Assembly (NCBI GenBank): GCA_965233585.1
Contig: CBDDTI010000644.1
Location: 1-12,341, forward strand
Source: a bacterium
GTDB lineage: Bacteria > SAR324 > NAC60-12
DNA: 12,341 nucleotides
Reading direction: 5' to 3'
The notes under the pieces were generated by a model. That model made no database searches. It worked only from the letters and a program-made list of their open reading frames with translations, and was not told the DNA's origin. This document shows positions 9,236 to 12,341 of this stretch, piece by piece (the stretch's first letter is position 1; the number at the start of each line of letters is the position of its first letter). A program made the translations under genes and the position numbers.

Positions 9236-9404
9236 CTTATAAGTCTAGTAAGCGGTTCACCTAGGTAAACCAGCAAAAATCGTCTGAGTGACTCGTGCAC
9301 GCTCTCTCCTCGTTTCCTGAACCACGTGGTGTTCATTTCGGATGTAATTTTCGACGTAAAACTTTTTGCTAGAATATTTCTTGCCACACCCTCGTTAAAA
9401 ATCC
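9236..9404 (-). CDS. Coding exon 2 of DUF885-family gene (GIFNEGVARNIL...GEPLTRLIR)
   Basis: Acceptor ttcttacag| at 9405, donor AG|GTACGT at 9235. 169 nt, phase 1 in and phase 2 out, joining both neighbours in frame. Confidence 0.88.
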
Positions 9405-9473
9405 CTGTAAGAACAAAATAGAAATCGTCATTAGTCACGCAATCTAACCTGCATTTCTCAGCCTTTTTTTCTA

Positions 9474-10078
<605 letters not shown>

Positions 10079-10292
10079 TTTCGTATATGCAATGCGTGGA
10101 AAATTTACGAGTGAGTGAGCGAGGGAGCGAGGAAGCGCGCATGCAAGGAAGCAGGCGAGCAAGGAAGAGCGCGAGATTTTACCATAGTCGAAGTAGCAAA
10201 GGACGGGTGTAAGCGTACACATTCAGATCAAAACGAAATCTATAGCACTTTCCCCCACTGTTTACATACTAAAACAGCGCAAAAACTCTTAC

Positions 10293-11157
10293 CCGTCTCG
10301 TTGTGAATGGCTATTTCGTAAAAATTTCTTTTAGTCGCGTGAATTCCCGCTGTACAAGACTCAACAGAACGCACCATGCCAGTTGCCACGCCCAGCTTAA
10401 GATTCTCAATATACCTTGAAATGGTCTCGTTATGTTTCTTGAATAGCTGTTCAAGTTGTTCCAATTCTTCTAGATCACTCGGCTTAAAGTATTGGATTGC
10501 ACCTTCTAACTTCGATAGTACATAGCAGATTGGCTGCCAACAGTATAAATTCGGTTCAAACATCCAATCTCCTGCATAATAGTTTCGTTCATAAGGCCCC
10601 CAGTCAAACGAGTGTCTTAGCAGATGTTGCGCAACATACATGGCCTTGTTTTCGCGTAACTTCATTTTTACTCCGTCTGACTTTTTGATGATCTCCTCCA
10701 ACCGGTCGTGAAGTCTTCGGACTTCATCGGTGAAGTTCTTGATGGCACTCGGGTGAGGATCGTAAGGTCGATAATTTTTCCGAACCTCTTCCAAAGTCAC
10801 ACCGGGTTTTGACCCCAACTTCTCGGGTAATAACTCATAGTGCTTCTGGAGAAGTTCATTCAGGAATGAGTCCAACCCGATGCGTTTTGCCTCCTCAGAA
10901 AAGCTACAACCACTAAGACCATTTTTCTTGGGGTCATCTGATTTCCCTCGCGTCAGTAAAATTACAAGAACAATGACTAAGGTTAATAAGAGAAGGACTG
11001 GTACGGCAGCGAGAACAATTTTAACAAAGCGATAATCGTTCCTTGAACCACGTTTCTCTTTTTCTGATTTTTGAGGCAAAAACGCCACTGTAGAGACTGG
11101 GGAGCCTGGCACTCCATTTTCAGACGAAGTAGATGATTTCGTTCGGTTTGACGTCAT
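10293..11157 (-). CDS. Coding exon 1 of DUF885-family type II membrane protein (cytoplasmic tail, TM anchor, start of ectodomain)
   Basis: ATG at 11157 directly preceded by pyrimidine tract + TAG (acceptor). Hydrophobic IVLAAVPVLLLLTLVIVLVILL at aa 47-68 (about 10954-11019) follows basic residues. Donor G|GTAAGA at 10292. 865 nt, ends in phase 1. Confidence 0.9.
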
Positions 11158-11875
11158 CTAAATAGAGACATGAAAATAACACAACATGACGTATCTTTCT
11201 GTGGAATGGTGCGGATAACACAAGGGAGATAAGGTCGAAAATAACGTTTTGGTAATGGTTTGGGTGAGCGTGCTACATTTTAAACTTTATTAACGTTCAT
11301 AGTATTCAGTTCAGTTTATCAAATTTATTTTTTTTGTATTTTTTCCTGGACAGAGTTGTGATAAATCAGTGTCTATAACGACTCATCATGGTGACAAAAT
11401 GAGTCCCTTTTGTTCCTTCTTCGGGAGAAACATTTACCTCAACCACACGTCACCCAAACCTCTAGATCTCCCTCCCTACCGCAAGAATAAATTCTGGTAC
11501 TGCTAGTGCCTTTCCTTGTAGAATTTCTGACAGGTTTCTCCGACAATTTTTTCATGGCAGACTTCTCCCACCCTCACCCCCACCCCCCTCCCACCCTGCC
11601 CATGTCTCAGCTTCTTTCCACTGAAATTGAAATACCACAGCTGACACTTCACCGTGTATTTTAAAGCGACTTCACCGTGCATCCTATGCGTGTACGAGAT
11701 AAGAGGGAATGAAATGTGTACGAGTCGCGTGGTTTCAAGACAACAGAAAGCCTAACCCATTATCTCAAATACAAACTACACACACGCAGCGGAGTTTCAT
11801 GTAGTTGCGTGAGGCCCACGCGCGCGGTGAGCCATGATCGGCGGATATTAGAAAGAACACCAACAGTGCATTGCA

Positions 11876-12341
11876 TAGTCCAGTCCCTGAACTCTCCTTT
11901 CTTCCCGCCCCATATAGGGGTTGAACCCGGGCGGGCGAAATGAGAGTCCAGGATAACTTGCATGCGCATGCTCAGAACGAACCAGTCAAAAATTACTAGG
12001 TCCCAACAATACTACGCTGCTCGCGTCAATTTGTCGCGCAATGCCTTTTTCAGCTTGCGCTCTTCTCGCGCTCTGAAAAAATATTTATTTGACGTTGATA
12101 TTGTGGTAGAAAACAAATCAAAATGTGGTTTATCGTGGTCTGCACTCTTATCGACAACGAGTACGCGTCATAACTCTTTTCCCAAACATTTTTTGTGTTG
12201 TTTCTGCATGTTGAGCGAGTTTGCGAAAGTTTTTGAAAGGAAGTCTGACGCCTACAAGTAGCTCATTTGCATAATGCAAGTCGGTGTTTTCAATTGTCAA
12301 TAAATTCTGACAAAGATTTCTGTCGTTATCTTTCATCTTGT
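11876..12341. repeat. Probable interspersed repeat(s) beginning with a GC-rich hairpin, running off the window end
   Basis: Hairpin cctgaactctc..ttcccgccc / gggcgggcg..gagagtccagg at 11886-11952. The rest resembles common coral repeats from recall only, and boundaries are uncertain. Confidence 0.4.

Noticed and set aside
11774..11806. Possible fifth GCA-triloop/GA hairpin (aactaca...c-gca-gcg-ga-gtttcatgtagtt)
   Set aside because: The left arm is largely missing, so it is suggestive but not supportable on its own.

Overview
Eukaryotic genomic DNA, not prokaryotic; the repeat families look like those of stony corals/cnidarians (inference from recall, not a search). The window holds one complete 7-coding-exon gene on the minus strand (11157-10293, 9404-9236, 8302-8050, 5823-5596, 5211-4957, 4029-3829, 2454-2089). 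All six introns are GT-AG with matching phases, giving 2337 nt = 778 aa + stop. The product is a type II membrane-anchored DUF885-family putative metallopeptidase (HEQLPGHH, EGWATYVE, LDTGMN, SYMIG, FHYQIL..G.LPL motifs); this family is mainly bacterial. Introns and flanks are packed with non-autonomous DNA elements: Harbinger-type MITEs with TNA TSDs (one retains a decayed Myb/SANT-like ORF), a MITE with a 7-bp TSD, a tRNA-like repeat, a 32-copy 23-bp minisatellite and a compound microsatellite. The most unusual signal is four sequence-unrelated repeat families that share a long palindrome with tandem GA/GA mismatches and a GNA triloop (DNA-specific stable hairpin motifs). Three of them also share asymmetric inverted repeats, a CCAAT box near the far end and TAA termini, and there is no clear TSD where it can be checked. 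This suggests mobilisation through a folded ssDNA intermediate.
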